A stretch of 64,000 nt of DNA, taken from IMG/VR virus record IMGVR_UViG_3300001598_000004, positions 12,598 through 76,597 of that record. One strand, written 5' to 3'. The notes under the pieces are model-generated. The model was given only the letters and a program-made list of their open reading frames with translations, ran no database searches and was not told the origin of the DNA. Shown here one piece after another: positions 21,341 through 33,100 of this stretch (the stretch's first letter is position 1; each line of letters begins with the position of its first letter). A program made the translations under genes and the position numbers. The stretch is from a virus (lineage: Duplodnaviria; Caudoviricetes).

Positions 21341-21608
21341 AATCATTAGTCTATGAAGAAGATATATAAGCTCACGAATAAGACAACTGGTAGATACCAC
21401 TTCTACCGAAACGTAAAGGCGATCCTTGAACTCAATCCTATTTGCACACATACAGGATCTCTATACAACGCTTTCTCACTTGGGAACGGCGTATTTGAAA
21501 ACGACAAGTACAAGGTAGAGAAGTTGGATGTAAAAGATGCCGTTATTGATGGTATGGAAATCAAATTCGTCGATAGCCTGTTTGTAGTAGATTAGTCTTA
21601 GATATAGC

Positions 21609-21639
21609 AAAAGGACGTGCCGATAATGCACGCCCTTTT
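21609..21639. terminator. Bidirectional-type hairpin
   Basis: AAAAGGACGTGC / GCACGCCCTTTT. Confidence 0.7.
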
Positions 21640-21733
21640 GTTGGGCACGCTCGCCCTTGTAATCTCTAAAACGGATGCAAAGGTAACAAAATAAGACTAA
21701 ACCACCAAACACAAGAATAAACACCCGACTCTT

Positions 21734-21861
21734 CTTAATTTCTCTTAAAAACATTAAGTTTTCTGTAAATTTTTATTAAGAATTAATCACTATCTAATCC
21801 AATCTGATTAGTTCTTTATAATTTTAGGACATCAATCATTTTAAACATAGGAGATTTAGAA
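21734..21861 (+). promoter_or_regulatory. Early promoter/leader module
   Basis: TGATTAGTT-N5-TAATTTTAGGACATCAATCATTTT then TAGGAGATTTA before ATG 21862. Confidence 0.7.
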
Positions 21862-23248
21862 ATGACACAGCAACTTTACATTGAGATTTCTCAGACCTTA
21901 AAAGGTATGGATCTCGTCGGTTACTCTACCAAGCAGATGAAGCAGACCTTACTCGCTCGCAAGACTTGGGATAAGGACATCAACCCATTCTGGAAGCGCG
22001 TCGACAAGGGAGAGTTCACTCTTCACGAATTCATGGTAGCTCTCCGCAAGGCTTTCAAGGAGTTCAAAAGCATATTCTATCAACCAGAGTCTTACGAGGC
22101 TTGGGGCGAAGAGATTTACAACAACTAAAGTCACACATAAATTTATTAGTTATGAAAAAGTACGTACTTTTTTGGGAAGATAAATGTTTTGAATTCTCAT
22201 CCCTTACAGAGTTAAATATCGACTATAATGAGCTTGGTCAGATAGTTTATGTAAGCCGTAAAGAATAACAGTTATGAAGCAAGACGACATCAACAAGTTA
22301 GGAACTATCGTTTCAAAGCTCGAAAACTTTATCGAAAGCCTCGGTGAGCAGATCGATAATCGCAACGACATCTACGACAATCGCTCGGAAGAATGGCAGG
22401 ATAGCGAGAAAGGTGAGGAGTACCAAGAAGAGACCGAAAGGCTCGAAGAGGACATGACCGAATTAGAGAACGCTCGCGATTACATTCAGGGCGTATTAGA
22501 CTTCTACCTCTAATAGGAGATTTACATTATGGAACACGCACTCATTAACATCGTATCAGCGAAGCTCATCAAGGGCATCGCTGATCTTTCAGTGAGCGAA
22601 GCTCGCTCATTCAACATCAATATTGCCGTCGGCAACCACAAGTACACGGCAGAGTATTTTCACGGCACTTTCGAGAAAGATGGATCTTACGACATCCTCC
22701 CTGGTATTCGCGTTTGTATTGATGACGCGCCTTACGGTCTTGGCGAGAAATGTCACGTTAACGTCGCTTGTCGAATAGACGCTATCGTAGCCAAGTCAGA
22801 CGAATACAAACGCCTACAAGACATCTTCGATGAACGATTAGAAAAATTAGAAAGGTTCATGCACGGAGATAAGTTTTAACCTACTAAATGAATGCTTATG
22901 TTACTACAGGAATTTATCGACCGCACAGGGTACTACCCTAATGACGTAGAATGGGAACGAATCACACAGGAGTATTCGGAGGGAAAAGACGACAAGGATC
23001 ATTTCTGCCGTAGATGGCGCAGACTCTCATTAAAAGGAGCTTCCGAACGCGCCGTCAACCTTCTCCTTCAAAAGAACATTCAAATCAAGGATTTGGAAGA
23101 GCATATCAAGAAGATCCAAAAGGAGCAAGCCGCATACAAGGACAAGGTTCGCAATCTTGAGGATGAGATCACGGCTCTTATGAGCGAACTACAAAAGGTT
23201 CAGCGCAACTTGATGCAACTATACAACAACCTCGCACCATTATCATAA
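21862..23248 (+). CDS. Hypothetical early genes (21862-22128, 22274-22513, 22529-22879, 22892-23248)
   Basis: Co-oriented ORFs; 22529 is preceded by TAGGAGATTTACATT. Confidence 0.55.
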
Positions 23249-23263
23249 CAAATCTATAACATT

Positions 23264-23869
23264 ATGGCAAAAACCGCTCACACATTACCCAAGCCTTCTC
23301 CTATCAAGAAGCAATTCGATGAGTTGAAGGCGAAACATCCCGACGCACTACTCCTTTTCAGATTAGGCGATTTCTACGAAACTTACGAAGATGACGCAAC
23401 AGCCGCCGCAGGGATTCTTGGGATCACCTTAACACGTCAGAACGACAGGAACATCGCAGGTTTCCCATATCACGCTCTTGACTCTTATCTGCCGAAGCTG
23501 ATCCGTGCGGGAAAGAGAGTTGCCATTTGCGACGCATTGGAAACGTCCGAGGGTAAAACAGAACAAGTCGCCAAAACAATCGTAACCCCAAACAACAATC
23601 AAGAAGAAACCGATATGACACAAGAAGAAATGACAAAGCAGATCGAGGATGTAAAGCGCGAAGCACAGGACAAGATCCTCGCTATCGCATCCGAAACAAT
23701 CAAGGCACTCAACGGCAAGCTGCCTCTAACACTCAACAGTTACTTCGCGAAGGCTATCGGCGAGCTACAGCTCATAAAGCTCAAGAACAACCTTAACGCG
23801 GAGATAACGAAAGCCGAAATGGCTTACCTTATCGAATGGGCTGAAAAAGGCTTAAATCACGGCAAGTAA
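23264..23869 (+). CDS. Stand-alone MutS domain I protein with helical C-terminal extension
   Basis: [21 protein letters not shown]...ILGITLT...[26 protein letters not shown]; no ATPase domain. Confidence 0.85.
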   Translation: MAKTAHTLPKPSPIKKQFDELKAKHPDALLLFRLGDFYETYEDDATAAAGILGITLTRQNDRNIAGFPYHALDSYLPKLIRAGKRVAICDALETSEGKTEQVAKTIVTPNNNQEETDMTQEEMTKQIEDVKREAQDKILAIASETIKALNGKLPLTLNSYFAKAIGELQLIKLKNNLNAEITKAEMAYLIEWAEKGLNHGK

Positions 23870-23872
23870 GCA

Positions 23873-24034
23873 ATGAGTATAAGAATTACTTACGAATGGT
23901 GCGCCAACTGCCGAGAAGAGGTTGTAATCATGGCAATTAGGTACAGGACTCAAACCTGTCCTAATTGCGGCGCACCTATCAAAGCCTGTAACCTATGCGA
24001 TCCACACACATCATGTAAACAATGTAAAAAGTAA
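23873..24034 (+). CDS. Small zinc-finger protein (4 x CxxC, 53 aa)
   Basis: CANC, CPNC, CNLC, CKQC; not in the ORF track. Confidence 0.6.
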   Translation: MSIRITYEWCANCREEVVIMAIRYRTQTCPNCGAPIKACNLCDPHTSCKQCKK

Positions 24035-24038
24035 CAAT

Positions 24039-25926
24039 ATGAAAAACGAGAAATCAGAAGAAATTAGACAGTCCTTTCTTTCCTTTTTAGGATACCAATC
24101 TGTCATTGAGTTTTTTGAAAAAGATCCAATACCTGACGAGTCTCCTAAGGTAGCCGAGACGCACAAGAAGATACAGCAGATTATCAAAGATGATCGAGAC
24201 ATAGTTATGACGATATTCATCATGTCTTGGAATGAGTGCTGTAACGCGAACAAGTTCCTTTCTGGAAAAGGTAAGGATCTCATCAAACTCGCCCTCAAGG
24301 GTGCGCCTTCTATTGAAGAAGCATTTAGTCTTGGGCGCAAGTTAGGTCTATCTGATGAAGAGATATATAACGTAATGGAAGAATAGATATGGAGAAAGCA
24401 TACGACAGGCGTAGGTTAAAGAAATGGATCAAAAAACATTCTCATAATTAAGTTATCATAGTATGGCTATTAATATAAAACAGAACGATTATGTTCAACC
24501 AACAGAGATCAGAGATTACGTTGTGCAAGGTATTTGTGATTCATTCCTGAATGAATGCGACTACCACCCAAGACAAGAAGGCTACTACAGACACGCTACA
24601 CCATACATCTGGAGAAGTAAGCCAGACGGGACTTTTGATAAGTTTAGAACCGATTTCGTAAATAACGAAAAGATAGAGACAATCAAGTTTAACGGTGCGG
24701 AAATGAAACAAGCATTTAAGGAACTGATCAATGCGGGGTATTTTATGTTCAAAGTATATAAGTACGGTACATGGCTCACTTATCGCTGCTCAAAGAAACC
24801 AGAACTATTTGGATATACCCAATCCAGATACTCACGCGTTACAGAATTTAACGAATTTATAGATTAAAATATAACTAACATGGAACATAGTGAAGCATAT
24901 AGTTATTACATCTATTCCTCTTCCAATGAGCCTGATGAAAAGATCGGGAAATTAGTGAATCTCGTCAAGGATATTCATTTCCTTTGGGCAACGGAGGACG
25001 ACGCGGCTGAATGCCTCTATCATAGTAGGATCACTACAAAATCAGATATTACTTACGGCACGCATTATTTCAGCATCAAGTTAGAGAATAATGATAAAGA
25101 CCAACTCATAAGGGATTGTATCGCCTTCTCTCGCAGATTGGAAGCTCCACCAATCAAGGAGATCCCCCTACCCCCTTCATCCTTGAAGCTCTACCTCGTT
25201 CACGAAGAATGGGAGCATATAGACGAGAATAAGCGAAGCAGTTCAGAAGTATTCCCTACGAAAGAGGCAGCATTTGCCTATGTAGAAGGCGAATTAAAAG
25301 GATGGGATAAGGAATATTACGACCCCGAAGGGAACAACTTTGACAAACGCCTTGAGATAGATAGCAAAGACAGACCGATGTGGGAATGGTCGAGGGCTAC
25401 ATCAGAGTACGAACATTGTTACGATATATATGTAACGGAAGTATCATTAGAAATCCCAATGAATCTATTATGAAAGATATTCAATTAACAGAGAAGGAGC
25501 AGGAGGCTCTTGAAAAACTCGCGAAGGTCAGCAAGATGGATTGTTGGTTCTCGATAGATGAGTTTGGTGTGTGGGATCGGGAAAATAAAAAGCATATCAA
25601 TACAAGCGAAGCCATCATCGAACTCCTCGATGGGGCTACTTATAGCGACATCCTTCACACTGGTCCAGACGAAGCGTATATCATAATTAACCTACTGATA
25701 AAAATCATCAACAATGAAACAGATTACAGTAAAAGAAATGGCGGCTGCACTCGCAGCAGAAGTCAAAAAAGGTAACGGCGACAAGATCCTTATTGCGCCA
25801 AGCGATAACGAAGGGAACGAATATCACGGGGTGTTCTTTACTATTTCGGATGCCGAGGGTGTTGACGAGGATTTCATCGGCGATAGCAATGAATTAGATC
25901 CTAAGAAGCTAATGATTATCGGGTAG
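24039..25926 (+). CDS. Hypothetical early genes (24039-24386, 24463-24867, 24880-25473, 25470-25775, 25714-25926)
   Basis: Co-oriented packed ORFs ending at a hairpin at 25931-25959. Confidence 0.5.
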
Positions 25927-25989
25927 AAAAGATAGGGCGGATCAAGCATCTGCCCTATCGCTATAATCTCCGTAAGTATCTGGTTATCA

Positions 25990-26131
25990 GTTCTTAATGT
26001 ATCTTAAATTGATTAGTTTTCTACTTAAAATATATTAAGTTTTGATTAGTTTTTAATAGTAGTTGATAGAAAATTATTAATTTTAGAATGTCAAACATAA
26101 TTCATTCACTAATTAATAGGAGATTTACATT
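25990..26131 (+). promoter_or_regulatory. Early promoter/leader module
   Basis: TGATTAGTTT at 26010 and 26043; TAATTTTAGAATGTCAAACAT; TAGGAGATTTACATT before ATG 26132. Confidence 0.65.
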
Positions 26132-26524
26132 ATGGAGTCAAACTACAACCCTTACACACTACCTTGCGCTCCTTCTTTCACAATCGAGGAGGAAGAGGAA
26201 GAGCCAAAGCTCACACCAAAGCACAGGGATCTACTTAGACGTTTACAGACCCTATTTCCCGAAGCTAACATAGACGAAGATTTCATCCAAATGCGCAATA
26301 GAGGCGGTTGGGTGTATGCGGAAGGAGTAGGGATCTCTTACCGAAGAGTCACATCATCATACGCAGATGGTCCAGAATTTGACTACTCTAAGGAAATCGC
26401 ACAGATCCTTTGCAACTCAGGCTTCGAGGCAGCTGGCTACTACACAAGCGGTTGTGATGAGCGCAACTTCGAGAACCACGAAACATTCTACTACATCGAA
26501 ATTTCATCCATTAAATACCTATAA
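26132..26524 (+). CDS. Hypothetical early protein
   Basis: First ORF after the promoter module. Confidence 0.6.
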   Translation: MESNYNPYTLPCAPSFTIEEEEEEPKLTPKHRDLLRRLQTLFPEANIDEDFIQMRNRGGWVYAEGVGISYRRVTSSYADGPEFDYSKEIAQILCNSGFEAAGYYTSGCDERNFENHETFYYIEISSIKYL

Positions 26525-26527
26525 GCT

Positions 26528-26944
26528 ATGACACAGACAATGTACGCGCTCGCTCCACAATTCTTCATCTTTGGCAGCGACGGCAATATCAGAGCAAACA
26601 GTTACACTAAGCAAGTACTTGGCTCTTGGAAGAAGATTGAACCACGAAAGGATTTCATAGAAAGGCATCGCAACAAGCACACAGGGCATATAAGCCGTAG
26701 TCTCGTTTTATGCGCGACGCGTTTGTCAAAGCCTTATACATCATCGACCTTAAATCCTTCGGCACATTCACCGCCTACTCTCGACAGGAAGCAAAGGAAA
26801 CACTTTCCGACATCGCCCACAGAGAAGGCATCGCAATCAAACGGTAAAAGAGATAACAACGCGTTGAATAGCAGACGAATTTCTTATCATTTCTTTGAGG
26901 ACTACTGCTTTACCAAAAACCTGAAAGAAAGAAGTTGGCACTAA
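26528..26944 (+). pseudogene. Probably disrupted gene
   Basis: The called frame looks non-natural after about residue 45. Another frame reads HRKASQQAHRAYKP*SRFMRDAFVKALYIIDLKSFGTF..., interrupted by TAG. Confidence 0.35.
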
Positions 26945-27229
26945 CTATATAGCCGCCTGAGACAACAGGATAATCCGTAGATAGCGACACTAATTGAGGA
27001 CAGCGATACAAACCTTTTCTACTTCAAAACATATCAGATATGAAAACAGCTTACGATTTTCGCGAATTAGTGCTGATTGACGATGCTACACCCTACGGCG
27101 GCAAGTCGCACAGCGAAGAAACTCTCGAAGAGTTTATGATAGAGATAAACAAATCAATTCACACCCCTATTAACGAGGTTAACAAGTGGCTCGTTGAATG
27201 TGGGATACAACCTATTAAAGCATAACATC

Positions 27230-28018
27230 ATGGCAGTAACTTACGAAACACTTAAATCATTTTGCGCAGATGAATACGCTCTGAGACCGCAGCTCCATTA
27301 CGCTATCAAACGAGGAGAATATTGGTGGGCTTCCGATGGATACCGCATTATATGTGTGCCTATGAATCAGACGCAACAAGGAGATATGAGATTCTTGTGC
27401 GACGAAATGCCAAACGATGCGGGCGCATACCCTAATGTCGAGAGCATTATCGACGTAAAAGGCTTCAAGTCTAAGTTCACAATCAAGGTTTCCGCAATCA
27501 AGGATGCAATGTCGAATCTACCCAAGATCGACGCATACGCCGAAGTTAAACGCGAACTCAATTTCATTGAATGCCCCGAATGCGACGACGGCGAGATTGA
27601 GATTGAAGATTCTGTTTACTACAAGGGAAATAGATACGAACTTATTGCGACCTGTCAATGTCCTATATGCCACGGCTACGGTAAAATACCAGACGTTGAA
27701 GGGTACGATCCAGATTGCGACGACTATGATCCCGATGAAGCCAGCACATACATCGAAATGGTAAAAACAGGGCGCAAGATACCCGATCTTGAAAACACGA
27801 TGCTCCATATCAAAGGCACAGCTTACATCAAATCATCGAATTTTAACAGCCTTTTGCGCGTAGCAAATGAACAAGGCGTTAGTGAAATTGAATGTGCTGG
27901 CGGTAATTACAATTCATGCGTTGTTTTCCGTATGAATGGTGTAATAGTTGGTCTTATGCCAATGATTAAGGGTAAAAGCGACAAAAGGACTGTCAGACGA
28001 ATCAAAATAGAGGAATAA
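27230..28018 (+). CDS. Sliding-clamp(beta)-like protein with a DnaJ-type zinc-finger insertion
   Basis: ASDGYRII and YPNVESII resemble beta-clamp ATDGHRL / YPxxxxxi; CPECDDGE and CPICHGYG are CxxCxGxG-like. Confidence 0.45.
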   Translation: MAVTYETLKSFCADEYALRPQLHYAIKRGEYWWASDGYRIICVPMNQTQQGDMRFLCDEMPNDAGAYPNVESIIDVKGFKSKFTIKVSAIKDAMSNLPKIDAYAEVKRELNFIECPECDDGEIEIEDSVYYKGNRYELIATCQCPICHGYGKIPDVEGYDPDCDDYDPDEASTYIEMVKTGRKIPDLENTMLHIKGTAYIKSSNFNSLLRVANEQGVSEIECAGGNYNSCVVFRMNGVIVGLMPMIKGKSDKRTVRRIKIEE

Positions 28019-28041
28019 ACAATCTTAAAAAAGTAAACAAT

Positions 28042-29215
28042 ATGGAATACGAAGTTGGATTTTGGGTAAGCAAGGAAGGATTTTCCATCTTATTAGAAGA
28101 TGAGAATGGTGGCGAGGTGTATAGTGCCGAGTATAAGTACAGCAGCAGCAAAGGCTCTTGCTTAGTGAAGGAACATGGAGAGATCCCAGACTCAAAGGTC
28201 GAAGAGCATATTGACAAGATCCTCGACCATTGCAATGAGATCACAACACACTTGCAAATCAAAGCAAGCCAAAACGACACACTTTAGATAGAAGAAATAG
28301 TCATAGACAAAGAAATAGCAGACAAAATCAAAGCATATACGCTTCACATAGACGATACGATATTGTCTTTGCACGGAATAAGAGATACGCTTGTAGGGAT
28401 AGGCATTCAACACCCAGAGGGGTATGATATACTCAAAGTCTTTAATTGCATGAGGGATCTCAATAGTGCAATAAAGGGTTTGAACAATGCAAAAACCAGT
28501 TTAGAATCATTAATCAAATAATATGGAAGAAAATAGAATTGACGTTGATTTCGGTTATCGCATCGAAACCAAAGGCGAGCCTACAAGGTACTACGAAGGG
28601 CAAACGGCACAGGGTTATGCATATAAAGACTCGGCAGCTTTCAAAACAGGATCGGGTATATGCTACATTCCAGAATGCGAGTTAGATGATGACAATGGAA
28701 CAAGGTACGCTAACAAATATGGCGGCTATAAGCGTGAAGATTTTATCGATTTCGTTACAACCGTTTTCAAGGAATACTTTCCCCATTTGTCGCCAAACGA
28801 TCATATAGACTTCATCTTGTATGTAGCGGAACACGTATTCGAGACCGTCGATTGGCAACACCCATTGACATATCTTGGTGAGTGGACTGACAAGGATTGG
28901 GAAGAAATGTTTGAATACTTCAATTCTCAAGCAATTAACTTGAAAGTCTGGCGATGCTACGCGAAAGCTCATTACGGCGGTGGAATGATCCTCGTAGCTG
29001 CTCGCAATGAAGATGAAGCAATCGAAGCCGCCGCAAAAGATAAAATGACAGGTATTTGGTTCGACAGGTTCGACGAGAACGGATGTTATACCCATGATAG
29101 TAGCGGAGTAGCCAAGAGCGATTATTTCCCAAAAGGAGATTGGAAAGAGATCCCTCAAGTGCAAACTACCATCACTGAACCGAAAGTTATCTGCGCAAGT
29201 ATTTACATAGAGTAG
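28042..29215 (+). CDS. Hypothetical genes (28042-28287, 28523-29215)
   Basis: Co-oriented ORFs. Confidence 0.5.
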
Positions 29216-29271
29216 TATTTATACACGAATAAACCTTGACCGCCGTTAGACGACGTTTTTCGCCGTAAAAT

Positions 29272-29535
29272 TTGGAGTTTTTCATTATTGTTTGTATCTT
29301 TGCGCACATTATGGAGAATATACCAAGCATCATAACCAGTTTACTAAAGCGATCTGGACTCAATCACGCAGAGCGCATAGACATCCCTGATAGAGAGGTC
29401 TATGTGCTCTCGTCTATTGCCGCCGATGGAACTATAGTTCCTATTGGGCTACCTTGTCTCTTTGAAATAACCGAAGAGGGATTACAAGAAATCGACGTAA
29501 ATGAATCTTTTGAAATATTAGAGAAATATGGATAA
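29272..29535 (+). CDS. Small hypothetical protein (likely start ATG 29310)
   Basis: TATCTTTG box just upstream of ATG 29310. Confidence 0.5.
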   Translation: MEFFIIVCIFAHIMENIPSIITSLLKRSGLNHAERIDIPDREVYVLSSIAADGTIVPIGLPCLFEITEEGLQEIDVNESFEILEKYG

Positions 29536-29818
29536 ACTGAAATATTGTAAATACTATAAAGGGGAAAAAGATTGCCCTTTTAAAGCATACACTCCCCCAT
29601 TCCATTTCTGGCACTTCGAGGATCAGTATTGGAACGGAACGAATTTCGACCATAAGATGTTCGAGGATATAGCTCGCGAGTATATAGAAGAGAACAAAGA
29701 CAAAGACAACTATATGACTTCCGATGCTCCTATCGAACAAAAAGGCTTCGTTATGTTTGCCGAAGCGATGTTAGAGAAGTGGATGCCACATAAGGTTGAT
29801 ATAATCTTCAAATACTAA
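29528..29818 (+). CDS. CxYYKGEKxCPF family protein, paralog 1 (candidate immunity protein)
   Basis: LKYCKYYKGEKDCPF...FWHFEDQYW. Confidence 0.6.
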   Translation: MDKLKYCKYYKGEKDCPFKAYTPPFHFWHFEDQYWNGTNFDHKMFEDIAREYIEENKDKDNYMTSDAPIEQKGFVMFAEAMLEKWMPHKVDIIFKY

Positions 29819-29822
29819 CGCG

Positions 29823-30155
29823 ATGAAAGTACTTGATCCATTAAAGACTTGCAATTACTACAAAGGTGAGAAGGAATGTCCTTTCCCCCTCACCTCGGTA
29901 GAAGCTACTTATTGGGATATAGAAGAAACGTGGGTGAAGCTCGTCAATCCTAACGAAGGGAGAAGCGATGCCTTAGTCTTGGAATATATCATGGACTTTG
30001 ATCCTGACCAATTCCGCTTCGCCGACATCCCGTTATCCCTTAAAGCCGTACTATATGACCAATATTATCATTTCTACGGCTCTAAGAACGGCTTTGACAA
30101 CTTCATAAAGACCTACTATAAGCGGTCTAACTCTCATAAGGGCGATACGTTCTAA
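29823..30155 (+). CDS. CxYYKGEKxCPF family protein, paralog 2 (candidate immunity protein)
   Basis: LKTCNYYKGEKECPF...YWDIEETWV; 3' end overlaps the MuF stop. Confidence 0.6.
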   Translation: MKVLDPLKTCNYYKGEKECPFPLTSVEATYWDIEETWVKLVNPNEGRSDALVLEYIMDFDPDQFRFADIPLSLKAVLYDQYYHFYGSKNGFDNFIKTYYKRSNSHKGDTF

Positions 30156-33100
30156 GCGTTCTATTTTTAAGACCAGGGATAGATGTTGATAATGCCTTCT
30201 GAGCTGGTTGCTCAATAATATCGACATCAATATACCACTTGCCGTTGTCGCCCTTGACAACTTTCGTTATACGGAACTTCGTGCCACGTTGTAGAAGGAA
30301 CTCTACCTGATTGCTCGGAGTTTCGTTTCTTTTCGTACCATCCCATTCCAAACTTGCGACACCTCGCTTGTATGGGTTCTTCTCATCACCATAAGATGCG
30401 AAAGGTTCCATATATACACCCTTTGTACCCTTCGGCATATAGATAGAAAGCACCACATCATTCTTAGAGCCAATACCCGTTTCCATCGTGAAGAGTCCGT
30501 TTCTCGCTGAGTGGCAAGAAAGGAACAGCTCAGAAGCACCTTCTTTCCCGACGATATGCGACATATCATCCCCTGACAACCTCGCACCGAATATCTTCCA
30601 AATAGCGTCCGACGGCATACCCGATTGCATCCACATACCCTCTTGGAGTGCAGGAGCTTTGTCAATGATAGTCGTGATGACATTCGCATCCTTCAAGCCG
30701 TTACGAATAGTGTTACTAACTATCGACTCTAACTTGAACCTATATACACCAAGCATTTCCTCGTTTATGTACTTACTACCATCGGTATAGAGCCAAAGGA
30801 TCTCCTTCTCTTCTTTTGATAGCTTACTCCACATTTCCTCGGCGTAATGCGACATATAATCATCAGCCTCCTTGAATGCTTTGCGTATCTCAGCCGATGT
30901 AGGGTTCTTGCTTGCACCTCTGAACCACTTAGCTTGATCCTTCTGCGCTTGTGTGAAGAGTTCTTCATCAAATACTATTCCGTGACTCTCGCCTTCTTTG
31001 AGCATTGTTTCGATACCCTTCATCTTCTCAGCTTTCTTCCTCGCTTCATAGGCTTTCTGGTATTCATAATCAGCCTTGACCTTATTCGCCTTTGCAATAG
31101 CCTCCGATGCACCATCAAAATCGCCTTTAGCAAGGAGTTCTTCTGCGTCCTTGATATGACCCTTGATGACCGAAGAACGTGTGTTATACGCCTTAATATC
31201 ATCCAGTGCCTTTGTTACCTCGGTACGCTTTATGACGATCTTGACCTCCTTAATCTTCTCATCATACATTTGCTGAGTGATCCTCCAAGTAGAGTGGCGG
31301 ACACGACCTTCAATGAAGTCCTGTGGTCTTTCTACATAGTCGCGTTGGAAGCTGAGTTTCTTTAACTGATATTCGAGGTCGCCACCTGAGTCAGCAATAT
31401 ACTTGTTGATACTTTTCTTCGCATACTTGTAGGCTTCCTCAATCTGATCCATAGTAAACTCCTTGTGGAAGTCGTCGATGCTTGGTATCTCAGCCCTAAG
31501 TAGGTCTGCCCTATCTTTAAGTTCTTTTACCTTTGCGCGGACTTTTTCTGCTTCGGAATACGCATCAAAGTATTTGCCAGAGGATACGGCTTTACGAACT
31601 TCACTTAGTGAAATATCCGCATTCTCTATTGCGTCTGCAACATCAAGTAACATTTGGGCGTTTTTCTTTGCCTCTACTTCCGTCATTATAACAAACTCTT
31701 TAGCAACACCTTTTTCTATGTAGTAGATTTTCGCGCCTTTTGCGGCATATCGACGCAAGGTTTCTTCACTACACAAACCGTCTCTAATCGGATGAGACTC
31801 GAATGTCAAACTTTCAACAGCGTCGATTGTAACTTTTCCGTGATATTGCAATTCGATATAACGGCTACATCCTGCGTCCACCAAAGAAACAACATCTTTG
31901 CACTCTGATTTTGAAAGGGAAGTGAAGGCTTTGTCAAACGACTCTACTTTCGGGTCACAGCACAATGTTGGTTGGTATCGTTTGCCAAGAGAGTCATCAT
32001 AAGTCCATGTACATACAACCTTGTCCTTGCGGAATCGAACTTGCACATTGCCATATTGGAACGCGCTTCTTTGTTCTTTAACGGCACGAACCTTATCTCT
32101 CATAAGTAAGTGTCCGTATTTCTCATATTCCTCTCGTTCTAACTGAGCACCTATGTACTCATAACTGACTATATCTTTATGTGTTGACGGCATAAACATC
32201 TGGTGTGAAGCGACCAAACGACCATGCTTCTTTTCAATCTTGCCAGTTGTCTTAGAAGAACCACTGTAGCCACCACTTCGACCAACCTGAAAAGTATTCA
32301 AGAATCCTTTATCTGCGATTGATTCGAGGATGCTACTATCTACTTGCATTCCATAATCACTATCCTCGAAGAGTTCTCTCATCCATTTTTCTATCTTATC
32401 GCGATGAAGCACTAAGCGTTTATCTACATTCTTATACAACCTTATCGCATCGTCCAACTCTTCAAGTGTCTTAGGCATATCCGCACCAAAGATTGCTCGA
32501 ACATCCTCAAGACTCTTCGCATCAGCAAGGCTCATAGTCTTACCGCCGTTCATTGCTGCTAATTCTTCTCTTCTTGCTTGCATGATAGCAGCACGCTGCG
32601 CTTGTAACTCTTTAAACTTCTTTCGTGCGTTATAAGGTGCATCTACCCAAGTAGTCTTACCACGAGCAATAGAACTAATAGCCTTCAATCGCTGTTGCGC
32701 TATGTAATCACGGAGTATTTCAGAACGTTTCTTGCCAAGTGACGCAACATCAATCTTAGAAAGTGATTGCATAGTCTTGTCATACTTCTCTATTGCATCT
32801 ATGAGATACTGGTCTATACCACTCCTTCTAACCTTAACAGCCGAAACAAAGCCATTGTCGTCTCGGTCTGCAACACGGAACAGGTCTGCCACACCAAGTT
32901 TCTCTTTCCCTTCAAGTCTTGCCACATCATTGAGCATATGATAAATCTCCATATCCTCCTTTGACATCGCAAGACGTATTTCTACCGCTTTTCGGATAGC
33001 AGCAACATCACGTTTCGCGTGACGTGCCTCCGTTGCGAGGTCGATAGCAGATTTAGGTTGAGCGAATACATATCCTGTGGTATCGATAATGCCTGCATCA

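Noticed and set aside
21662-21670. GTTTTAGAG on the - strand, resembling a type II-A CRISPR repeat start (possible RNA anti-CRISPR)
   Set aside because: Only 9 nt match; the rest is unlike a repeat.
21476-21754. - strand 92-aa ORF
   Set aside because: Runs across promoter and terminator sequences and antisense to a + gene; likely spurious.
26690-26710. In-frame TAG suggesting stop-codon recoding
   Set aside because: Long genes are intact under the standard code and several end in TAG (e.g. 24386, 25926, 29215); local gene decay is simpler.
29226-29235. CGAATAAACC near-match to the late box
   Set aside because: One mismatch and no correctly spaced -7 box.
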